From contig JBJEGD010000002.1 in assembly GCA_051874735.1 (NCBI GenBank), forward strand, positions 64,001 to 128,000: a stretch of DNA of 64,000 bases, written 5' to 3'. Source of the stretch: Candidatus Bruticola sp. (GTDB lineage: Bacteria; Vulcanimicrobiota; Xenobia; Xenobiales; Xenobiaceae). The translations under genes and the position numbers were made by a program. Position 1 is the first letter of the stretch; each line of letters starts with the position of its first letter. This document shows, one piece after another, positions 20,437-28,872 of the stretch. The notes under the pieces are model-generated. The model saw only the letters and a list, made by a program, of their open reading frames with translations, made no database searches and was not told the DNA's origin.

Positions 20437-21984
20437 CTACAAGTGATACAATTCGGTATACTTGCGCTCGAGGTAATCCACAAAAGGTGCAGCTTCTAAC
20501 TCTTTACCCAGCGCCCGTTTAAGTAATTCAGCTGGATATAAACGCTGACCATATACGTAAATATGATCATGCAACCACTGGCGGATCAGCCCTAACTTTC
20601 CACAGCGCAGAATCTCATCAGTATCTCCCAAGTCGAGCTTTAAAGCCTGCCAAGTTTGCGCTCCAATAAGATTACCCAAGGCATAAGCGGGGAAATATCC
20701 AAACAATCCTGAGGACCAATGTACATCCTGCAGGCAACCTTCACTGTCGGTAAACGGCACGATTCCCAAATAATCCGACATAGCGCTATTCCATGCTTCA
20801 GGCAAATCTTTGGCTTTTAAGCTTCCTTCAATCAAAGCCTTTTCTAATTCAAAACGCAGCATAACATGTAAGCTGTAAGTGACTTCATCGGCTTCAGTAC
20901 GAATAAAAGAAGGAGTTACACAGTTGATGGCTTGGTAAAATTCATCGAGATTTGTTCCGGAAGTCTGGGCGGGGAAATAGGCCTGGAAAATTGGGAAATA
21001 GTACTCCCAAAAAGCGCGACTGCGGCCGATAATATTTTCCCAAAGACGAGATTCACTCTCATGGACAGCCATGCTAGCTCCCCCTTCGAGAGGGGTATGA
21101 GTCCATTCTGCTGGTGAGCCCTGCTCATACAAAGCGTGGCCTGTTTCGTGTAAAGCTGTAAATAAAGCTTTCGTTACAACATTTTCACTAAAATTGTTAG
21201 TTACACGCACATCGCGAGTAGAAAAAGAGCAGCAGAAAGGATGAATAACCTCATCGACTTTGCCGCGCGTCCAGTCGTAGCCCATATCGCACATCAAACG
21301 ATGACAGAAGCGGCGCTGCATATCTACAGGATATAAGCGGTTGACTATCCCCATCTTAGGCGGATCGGCTTGGGCAATGCGTTTTACCAAGCTGATCAGA
21401 TGGCCACGCAATTCCCCAAAGACCCGGCTAACTTGAGAGGCGGTAAGCCCCGGTTCATAGATATCGAGCAAAGCATCGTAAGGGTGTTCTGCTCCCCCTA
21501 GAGCCTCAGCTTTGGCGCGGCATAATTCTATAACTCTCTCTAAAGGACCGCAGAAAGAATCAAAATCGTTATTCTGCCTAGCTTTCATCCAGGCACTTTG
21601 AGCCTTAGAGCAGGCCGCAGTCAGCTCTGCAGCTACCGATGCAGGCACCTTAGTATCTTTATCGGCACTCCGTCTAAGTCGACGCAATAAATCAGCCTTC
21701 ACACTAAAATTAGACAAACTGTAAGGAGACGTCTCCAGCTGAGCCTCTCCCTGTCTTTTTTCTTCCTCAAACTCTGCCTCAGCTTCATGAAGAGCCGTAA
21801 GATATTCTGCAGAAACTGAAAGTTTATGGGCTAATTCGGACACGACAGCCATTTGCTCAGCTCTGGCCTCATCTGCGCCAACAGGCATGCCCGTTTCTAA
21901 ATCCCAGGTTAACAGCTCTAAAATTTCATTTAAGCAGTTAATTTCTTTAACTTTTTTCAGTAAACTTTCGTATGCCTTACCCAT
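20437..21984 (-). CDS. Carboxypeptidase M32 (Taq-type)
   Basis: HPF, DVRVT, HETGHALYEQG, HESES, IRTEADE, GCLQDVHWS. Confidence 0.95.
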   Translation of the reverse strand: MGKAYESLLKKVKEINCLNEILELLTWDLETGMPVGADEARAEQMAVVSELAHKLSVSAEYLTALHEAEAEFEEEKRQGEAQLETSPYSLSNFSVKADLLRRLRRSADKDTKVPASVAAELTAACSKAQSAWMKARQNNDFDSFCGPLERVIELCRAKAEALGGAEHPYDALLDIYEPGLTASQVSRVFGELRGHLISLVKRIAQADPPKMGIVNRLYPVDMQRRFCHRLMCDMGYDWTRGKVDEVIHPFCCSFSTRDVRVTNNFSENVVTKALFTALHETGHALYEQGSPAEWTHTPLEGGASMAVHESESRLWENIIGRSRAFWEYYFPIFQAYFPAQTSGTNLDEFYQAINCVTPSFIRTEADEVTYSLHVMLRFELEKALIEGSLKAKDLPEAWNSAMSDYLGIVPFTDSEGCLQDVHWSSGLFGYFPAYALGNLIGAQTWQALKLDLGDTDEILRCGKLGLIRQWLHDHIYVYGQRLYPAELLKRALGKELEAAPFVDYLERKYTELYHL

Positions 21985-22212
21985 AATTGTATCCTCTCTG
22001 TAGCAGCCTGATACCAGCCAGCTTAATTGCCGCTTATTCTGTAAAGCTCAGCTCTACGCCTTAATTTAATCACAGCTTAGATGCAGAAAAAGCTGTTCAT
22101 GAAGCGGAAGTACGACTAGAATTTTTACCCACAGTCCCCCCGTCTTGCCTCCTTTGTGGTGAGTTTTTCTGCTTTCTGCTAGTTATTACGCCTAAATCAT
22201 TACTAAAAATTA

Positions 22213-24531
22213 TTATTTTTGCCTTCTTTTAATAGAATCAGACGGCAGCAAAAGAGGGAATTGCCCCAAAAGAGCTTCCAACTTACTGATATAGTAAGCT
22301 GTATTCTCATCGGGATTATCTTTACAATAGAGCTTCAGCTCCTTGGCATTTTCAAAAATACGCACGTTCTTTTTAGTTCCGGTAATATAATACTGCACCG
22401 CTTGGCCAGCTCCGAAGCTATGGGCCGATTTTAAAGCTACTTCATAGGCGGCAGCCCGATTGCGGCTGCTCTTGGCAATTTTTTTCAAATAATTTTCCAA
22501 AGAATCGTTGAGGATTTCCGTTTTACTAAGTAAGTTGATAGAGATTTCATGATGGCAGATTTTATCTTTTAAGCAGTTAATATAATCGGAAGCCTCGCCT
22601 TCACGTCCCTGCAGTACCAAACCTACCACATGCTGCAAAGCTAAACGCAGGTAAGGTTCACGAGCGCGGGAGCGAAAAGTGGCGCCGCTAAATGAAAATT
22701 TCCCTTTTTCATCTAAAAGTACGTAATTCTTAGTAGTATGCGAGTACATCGAAGGATAAAAGCCGTCTAGTTCTACGTTAATTCCTTCAGGGAGGTTCTC
22801 ATTTACTAACTGAGCAATACGGCCGCGGTAGTTTTCAGAATTGTCCTCCTCATTGGGAGGAGCCTGAAAATATACTCCGTCAGTATCATATTCAATAACT
22901 CGGCAATTCATCGATGTCAGCTGCTTAATAATGTCTGATAGAATCTCCCTTCCCAATCCAGTCACTCGGGCAGCCATAGCAAAATCGGCAAAGTTGCCTT
23001 GTGAAAAACCTAAATAACCATAAAAAGAATTAATCAATATTTTGAAAATACTCTGCAAAGCATCATAAAAACGAACTCGCTCCAGATCAGAATCGGCTCT
23101 TTCTCTTTCTAAACGCATCAGCTTTTTAGCTTGCAGCCTGAAACTCCTCAGCTTGGCCAATAAGTTCAAAAATAAACCCAGCTCATCAGTTTGTGGTCCT
23201 AACCTGTAACTTAGCATTATAGACGGGTAAAGAGACTGCACATCACAGTGGTAAACATTGTGTACTATACCTTCCACTTCCTGACCGGCAGCAGCTCCAG
23301 TATACTCGCAAGCCATCGGCTTATCAGGGATACTGACGCCGCAGTTTAAATAATGGCGCAAAAACAGACTGTTAATTTTGGTGGCGGTACCGCGCAGAAT
23401 AGTATTTTGCAGCGAATAGGGAAAAAATTGCGCCTGCAAGTAGAAAGGATACAACAGCGCACCGCTAACGCGTTCTAAAATTTCACCTCTGAAAGCAGCC
23501 TGCTCGGCGTCTGAAGTGAAACTCAAATTTTCTTCTCCCAGGACTCCTAACGATTGAGCAGTTTCCGCTAATGAAAAAGTTTCCAATTCTCGGAAAGTTA
23601 CATCGCGCAGACGAGCCAACATAAGCGTATCAACTAATTCACGCCCCCACAGCTCCCAATAAATATAATCGTATCGTTTACCAGCGATAGTAGTGTAAGT
23701 TTTGCGCCCTTTAGGTTCTTCGTGCACTCCCTTAGGCAGCTTCCTCGAAGAATTTTGGCCTTTGTTTCCAGGGAAATCGCGGCCTAACATTAGCTTAACC
23801 TTACAAGCTTTAGCTCTGGCCTGCAAATAGGGAAGAATCTCATCGTATAGACCGTGGCCTTCGATAATATCTGGGTTCCAGGCCTTTACCGTAGCAGTAA
23901 AATCTTGCAGTAAGGCGGACTCATTTTGACAATAATCAGTTAAATTCAAAATTTTTTCTTGACCGCTAGATAAACGCAAGCATATGGAACTTATCGGTTT
24001 CTCTGTGAACAGATGCAAATTTTCACAGCCTTCGCCAGTAACGCATACAGTTATGCCCACACGTAGAGCTTCATTAAAAGGTAAACCGTTAAAAAGACAG
24101 AAGCCGACTTTAGTCAAATACAAGTTTGTTAAATCGCTGCTAAAAATTTGCGCTGCATTGCCTAAATTTTTTTTAATTTCTTTGCTCAGAAGGGAAAGTT
24201 CCTCAAAATTATTGGCAGAAACGATGCTGTTAAAGTATCCGTTCCCTTGAAGTTTTACACTATCGTAAGACCCGAACTCACTAAATTTTATTACCTCATT
24301 CCAATTAGTATAATGAAGCCATAAATAAGGACGGAAAGGCTCCGCGGTTACCTTAATAGGCTCGCTTTCATACAGAGGATCGTCGAGCTGACGCCGCTGC
24401 CAAATGTAAGCTTCACCACCTGCTGACGCAGCGCACACAACCCGCGAACGCGGATAGGCCCCCCAAAGTTCAGGACAGCTGCCGTCAGTTAGAATGTTCA
24501 CTGAAGAAATGCGCATCTGATCCGCTTTCAT
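22213..24531 (-). CDS. polB: Family B DNA polymerase (Pol II-like) with degenerate 3'-5' exonuclease domain
   Basis: Polymerase motifs A (CDVQSLYPSIM), B (KILINSFYGYLG) and C (YDTDGVYF) are intact. Confidence 0.9.
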   Translation of the reverse strand: MKADQMRISSVNILTDGSCPELWGAYPRSRVVCAASAGGEAYIWQRRQLDDPLYESEPIKVTAEPFRPYLWLHYTNWNEVIKFSEFGSYDSVKLQGNGYFNSIVSANNFEELSLLSKEIKKNLGNAAQIFSSDLTNLYLTKVGFCLFNGLPFNEALRVGITVCVTGEGCENLHLFTEKPISSICLRLSSGQEKILNLTDYCQNESALLQDFTATVKAWNPDIIEGHGLYDEILPYLQARAKACKVKLMLGRDFPGNKGQNSSRKLPKGVHEEPKGRKTYTTIAGKRYDYIYWELWGRELVDTLMLARLRDVTFRELETFSLAETAQSLGVLGEENLSFTSDAEQAAFRGEILERVSGALLYPFYLQAQFFPYSLQNTILRGTATKINSLFLRHYLNCGVSIPDKPMACEYTGAAAGQEVEGIVHNVYHCDVQSLYPSIMLSYRLGPQTDELGLFLNLLAKLRSFRLQAKKLMRLERERADSDLERVRFYDALQSIFKILINSFYGYLGFSQGNFADFAMAARVTGLGREILSDIIKQLTSMNCRVIEYDTDGVYFQAPPNEEDNSENYRGRIAQLVNENLPEGINVELDGFYPSMYSHTTKNYVLLDEKGKFSFSGATFRSRAREPYLRLALQHVVGLVLQGREGEASDYINCLKDKICHHEISINLLSKTEILNDSLENYLKKIAKSSRNRAAAYEVALKSAHSFGAGQAVQYYITGTKKNVRIFENAKELKLYCKDNPDENTAYYISKLEALLGQFPLLLPSDSIKRRQK

Positions 24532-24856
24532 TTTTGTACCTCACGTATTAGGCTGCAAATTATTTTGAGTATCCGGACCATAGGACGTCCGAAGGGGAAA
24601 GAAACAAAAACTAAGAATAAGCACGGGGTATTCTATAAAGGAAGGCGATTGCTCCCCCTGCTTGCCGACAATTTGAAGGCTTAAAGAAATTGCGTGTTTT
24701 TCTTCTTAACAGGTCCCGGAGTGGATAAAAAATTCTTTCTAAAAATTAAATTTGCAAATATTTTTCTGCCAATCTATCCAAATCTCTTTCAGCTCCATAT
24801 TCCGTCTGTTTTAATTTACATACCTACAAAAGAATAAAAGGGAGGTACGCTCCAAC

Positions 24857-25810
24857 ATGTCAAGCACTTCTAAACTTTCTCTTACTCTTTGCAGTGCGGC
24901 CTTATTGTTCAGCTTATCCGCTCCAGCTATAGCTGATCCATCTGATATCAGCGGTATGGCCAATTTAAACCAGAATTCCTTAGTGACGGTGTCCGATGTT
25001 AAGGCGAAATCTGAAAAACCGCGCCTGCACATATTGCAGGTCAAAGATGACAAAGGAGTAAAATTTCAGCCCATTGAAGTACTGGCTTGGGATATAAATG
25101 GCGACAATTCTGTACAAAAAGCCAGCGATTTAGAAGCCATATGTCAAGTTCCCGGACGTCCCTATCACTTTTATGCTTTTGAAAGCGGTTATTGGAAGGG
25201 AGGAGCCGGCAGAGCCTTCGAGTTGGAAATAGGTCACGATCCATACGTAGGATGGATGGCCAGAGTCGTCAATGTTTTCCATCCTTTTCCTGAACCGGAG
25301 GACGGTACCACAGCAGACCACTTACAGATAGAGGGCTGTGCGGCCCTACAGGATGGTCAACAGAACACTTATATTTTCCTCGGCCTGCGCGGTGACTCAG
25401 ATCATCCAGGACAATTAGTTGTCAAACGCTTAGAAGGCGATGTTTTAACTGAAATTGAGCGCAAAGATATCGATCTCCGCTCTTTCTTCAAAGGCGGCCG
25501 CAGCTGCTCAGACTTAAACCTGCAGCCTATGGGCGTAAACAAATTCCGCGTTCTCAGTGTAGGCACGATTGATAAGGGAGACTTAGGCCCCTTCGATTCC
25601 GTTATCTGCGAAGTGGGCACTATCGAATTGCAAAATAAAGGCTATAAACTTTCTATGCACAATAAACCCATAGACAAATACCGCTTCAGCGGCCTGAAAG
25701 TTGAGTCTCTTTGCGGTTACTTTGGTGAAAACGCTAATCTTTGCATAGGAACAGACGACGAAGCTTATCAAGTGGTATTCCGTCCCCTTCCGCGTATAGA
25801 ATTGAAATAA
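24857..25810 (+). CDS. Secreted protein, probable acidic-site beta-propeller (phytase-like/esterase-like)
   Basis: Signal peptide ending APAIA; repeated blade motifs DISGM, DLEAI, QIEGC, CSDL, KVESL, GTDDE; GGGAGG RBS. Confidence 0.55.
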   Translation: MSSTSKLSLTLCSAALLFSLSAPAIADPSDISGMANLNQNSLVTVSDVKAKSEKPRLHILQVKDDKGVKFQPIEVLAWDINGDNSVQKASDLEAICQVPGRPYHFYAFESGYWKGGAGRAFELEIGHDPYVGWMARVVNVFHPFPEPEDGTTADHLQIEGCAALQDGQQNTYIFLGLRGDSDHPGQLVVKRLEGDVLTEIERKDIDLRSFFKGGRSCSDLNLQPMGVNKFRVLSVGTIDKGDLGPFDSVICEVGTIELQNKGYKLSMHNKPIDKYRFSGLKVESLCGYFGENANLCIGTDDEAYQVVFRPLPRIELK

Positions 25811-25960
25811 AATCAATAATAGAGTTCTATTTACCAGCCCTCAGATGTATAACTCCGAGGGATTTTCTACAGCGGCTTGTATTCAACAAGCACTTTGTTG
25901 GAGCGGCCCAAGTGCCGCTCATTTGCTGTTAATATCAGCTAGAAAGGCGATAAACTTCAT

Positions 25961-27598
25961 ATGAAACTGTTCATCGCACAAATAAATCCTACTGTCGGCA
26001 ACCTCAAAGAAAACAGCTCCAAAATTATGGAGGCGATCTCCAGAGCTAAAGCGGCCGGAGCGTCGCTAGCCGTTTTCCCTCAAATGGCTCTGACGGGATA
26101 TCCTCCCCAAGATCTACTTTGTAATACCTCTTTTATCCAAGCGATCTGCGAATATTCCCGCCAAATAGGTGCTGTTTGCGAAGGCATAAGCGTTATAATC
26201 GGCTCGCCTCTCCCCCAGCAAACTGAACAAGATCTATCTCTTTACAACGGTTCTCTGTTCTTCACCGGAGAAACTGGCGCTTCGCCCCAACTTCTTAAGT
26301 CAACCGTTTTGCGCGATCATTCTTGGTTCAATGCTTCCAACTATTTTGAAAACGGAGAGGATATACCAGTTATCAAAGATCACCAAAACTTTACAATTAT
26401 TCTGTCTACAGATGATGAATGCTTAGACGAAGATTTTGGCCTTTTTGTTGAAACAACAAAAAAAGATACAGCCAAGCCGATAATGATTGTCAATCTGGCC
26501 GCTCGTCCTTTTGAAACAGGTCTGTGGCAACGCCATATAACTTGTCTGAAGCATCAAGCTCAAAAGTTAGGAGCCTATATTTTAGAGGCCAATTTAATCG
26601 GCGGCCAAGATCAAATTATATTAGAGGGTGGATCTGTATTAATCTCTCCGCAGGGAGAGCTGATAAATCAGGCGCCACGTTTCCAAGAGTATACAGCCGT
26701 TTGGGATACTGACGCAGAGCCATGCCAACAGCCTGCTTCAGACAACTTATGGAGCGAAGAATCGGAACAGATAGAGGCTATCTGTTTGGGGATGGGCGAT
26801 TATATGCGCAAAAACGGATTTACCGATGTAGTTTTAGGCATTTCTGGAGGTATTGACTCCGCTCTGTGCGCGGCCTTAGCAGTGAGAACGTTAGGTTCGG
26901 AACATGTCCATGGCATCTATATGCCTAGTTGCTACAGCACTGACATCAGTCAAGAAGAGGGAGCCAAACTCTGCCGCAGCCTCAATATAGATCTTCAGCT
27001 TCTGCCTATTGAAGGTCCTAGATCGGCTTTTACTGAGTTATTAGCGCCTGTATTTGCCGACCGTCCATTCGATATAACTGAAGAGAATATTCAAGCTCGC
27101 ATCAGAGCCATTTTAGTTATGGCACTTTCTAATAAATTTGGGTGGTTGGCTATCTGTACCGGCAACAAAGCTGAAGAAGCTGTAGGTTACTCTACTATGT
27201 ATGGAGATGGTGCTGGGGGTATAGCTCCCATTATGGATCTTTATAAACATCAAGTTAGGGCTCTCTGCCGCTGTTTAAATAAAGATGGAGAAATCATTCC
27301 CGATTTAATTATTACCCGTCCACCTTCCGCCGAATTGCACGAGGGACAGAAAGATTCCGACAGTCTTCCCGACTACGATATTTTAGACAAACTTCTGCAA
27401 GCTTACTTAGAAGAGGGCAAAACTAAAGCGGAACTTGTTGCTTCCGGTTTTGCCTCTGAAATGGTGGATAAAGTTGTCCGCCTGACCGAAAGAAGCGAAT
27501 TCAAACGGCGACAAGGTCCCATTGGTCTTAAGCTTTCTCCTATGCTGTTAGGTCTCGATCGCTGTATGCCTATTACTAAGGGGATTAACAATCTGTAA
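25961..27598 (+). CDS. nadE: NAD+ synthetase, two-domain (nitrilase-like + synthetase)
   Basis: GISGGIDSA, ENIQARIR, TGNKAE, GYSTMYGD, PPSAEL...DSDSLPDY, SEFKRRQ. Confidence 0.95.
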   Translation: MKLFIAQINPTVGNLKENSSKIMEAISRAKAAGASLAVFPQMALTGYPPQDLLCNTSFIQAICEYSRQIGAVCEGISVIIGSPLPQQTEQDLSLYNGSLFFTGETGASPQLLKSTVLRDHSWFNASNYFENGEDIPVIKDHQNFTIILSTDDECLDEDFGLFVETTKKDTAKPIMIVNLAARPFETGLWQRHITCLKHQAQKLGAYILEANLIGGQDQIILEGGSVLISPQGELINQAPRFQEYTAVWDTDAEPCQQPASDNLWSEESEQIEAICLGMGDYMRKNGFTDVVLGISGGIDSALCAALAVRTLGSEHVHGIYMPSCYSTDISQEEGAKLCRSLNIDLQLLPIEGPRSAFTELLAPVFADRPFDITEENIQARIRAILVMALSNKFGWLAICTGNKAEEAVGYSTMYGDGAGGIAPIMDLYKHQVRALCRCLNKDGEIIPDLIITRPPSAELHEGQKDSDSLPDYDILDKLLQAYLEEGKTKAELVASGFASEMVDKVVRLTERSEFKRRQGPIGLKLSPMLLGLDRCMPITKGINNL

Positions 27599-27619
27599 TT
27601 TTACTGTGTACTAACATGT

Positions 27620-27666
27620 TAGGCGGGCCGACAACTTCAGCAAGTTGCCGGTTCGCTTATTTAGTT
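27620..27666 (+). terminator. Stem-loop after nadE (probable terminator)
   Basis: TAGGCGGGCCGACAACTT-CAGC-AAGTTGCCGGTTCGCTTA followed by TTT. Confidence 0.6.
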
Positions 27667-27733
27667 AAAAGATTTTGTCATAAAACTTTTTTAACTCTTG
27701 AATTCAGCAAGTTCATTGTGAGAATATCTTTGT

Positions 27734-28744
27734 ATGGGAATGGAAATTCGCGGTCCTAATTTAGGTACATACGATGCAGGCTATCTGCAAGCTGTCCAAC
27801 GGGAGATGGCTCGCAGCGTCAAATCCAACATTTTAAAAGAAGTTGGCGACATCGAAGACCAGGTAGCCTTAGCTCTGCAAGGCAATCTGGAAGACATAGT
27901 AACCCTGTCGCCCGAAGCCAAAGCTTATCTAAAAAAACTGCGCAAAAAGCTTTTAGAGCACAGGGGGCTAGATCTTATAGGTGAGGAAGATGATGAGGAG
28001 GAGGCATCTCCAGAGCAAGATTTTAACGGTTTGCTCAACGATCTTGACTCTTTCCGAAAAAGTAAATCGGAACAAGAAGGGCAGAAAAGTCCCAAAAACT
28101 TAATATTCCCTTCAACTATACAACTTTCTGGATTTATTCCTCAAGCCCGTCCCCCTGTACGAAGGCGAGTATATTCAGCAGTGCGCGAAAATATCAACCG
28201 CATGATTTATTATGCTCCCGACGACAGTTCCCGCAGCAAAGTCCAAGACGAACTGGAACCGATGGGTTCAAAAATTATCTCGCAGGTTAAGTCTTTTGGA
28301 GCTCACATAATTGTTCTCGATCGACGTCAGGCTTTAACTCAATTAAAAATTAAAGGTATGTATGTTGTAGCTCCATCGGAAAAGACTTTCGACGGCCGCT
28401 TCTGGTCAGAAGTCCGTGGCCTTTACGACTCTTCCCGGCGCCTGCTGGTTATAGGCGAGGAGCAACTGGGACAGCCCAATCACTCGGTAGCCCGCCACGA
28501 GTTTGCTCATGCTTACGACAACGCTTTCAGTGAAGGTCACGGTCGTCGGCTTCCTCTGTCTGTGCAGTTATGGAATCGCTTTCGCCACACGCGCACCGGA
28601 TTGGTGTCTAATTATGCGGCAACCAATCCAGCCGAATATTTCGCAGAAACTGTTGAGGCCTTTTTCCAACCATCTCTAAAACCATTAGTTGAACAGCGTG
28701 ATCCAGAGATGTACGCCTACTTGGAAGATCTTTTTAATGCTTAA
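27734..28744 (+). CDS. Zinc metallopeptidase, anthrax-lethal-factor/Pro-Pro endopeptidase (ATLF)-like catalytic domain, no signal peptide
   Basis: HEFAHAYD, YAATNPAEYFAE, DPEMYAYL, upstream WSEVRGLY. Confidence 0.75.
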   Translation: MGMEIRGPNLGTYDAGYLQAVQREMARSVKSNILKEVGDIEDQVALALQGNLEDIVTLSPEAKAYLKKLRKKLLEHRGLDLIGEEDDEEEASPEQDFNGLLNDLDSFRKSKSEQEGQKSPKNLIFPSTIQLSGFIPQARPPVRRRVYSAVRENINRMIYYAPDDSSRSKVQDELEPMGSKIISQVKSFGAHIIVLDRRQALTQLKIKGMYVVAPSEKTFDGRFWSEVRGLYDSSRRLLVIGEEQLGQPNHSVARHEFAHAYDNAFSEGHGRRLPLSVQLWNRFRHTRTGLVSNYAATNPAEYFAETVEAFFQPSLKPLVEQRDPEMYAYLEDLFNA

Positions 28745-28872
28745 TAAAGAGTTTTAGAGTGAGAAGGGCTTTGCCATCTAAAAGGAAAAAGCGCTCCTGC
28801 CGCTGTAACTACTACTTAAATCGAAAACAAATAACAATTTTTACTCATTATGTCAGGATTATTCCAGAGCTT

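Noticed and set aside
22213-24531. PolB as a marker of a prophage, casposon or pipolin
   Set aside because: No integrase, cas1, terminal repeats or phage genes; flanked by housekeeping genes with similar composition.
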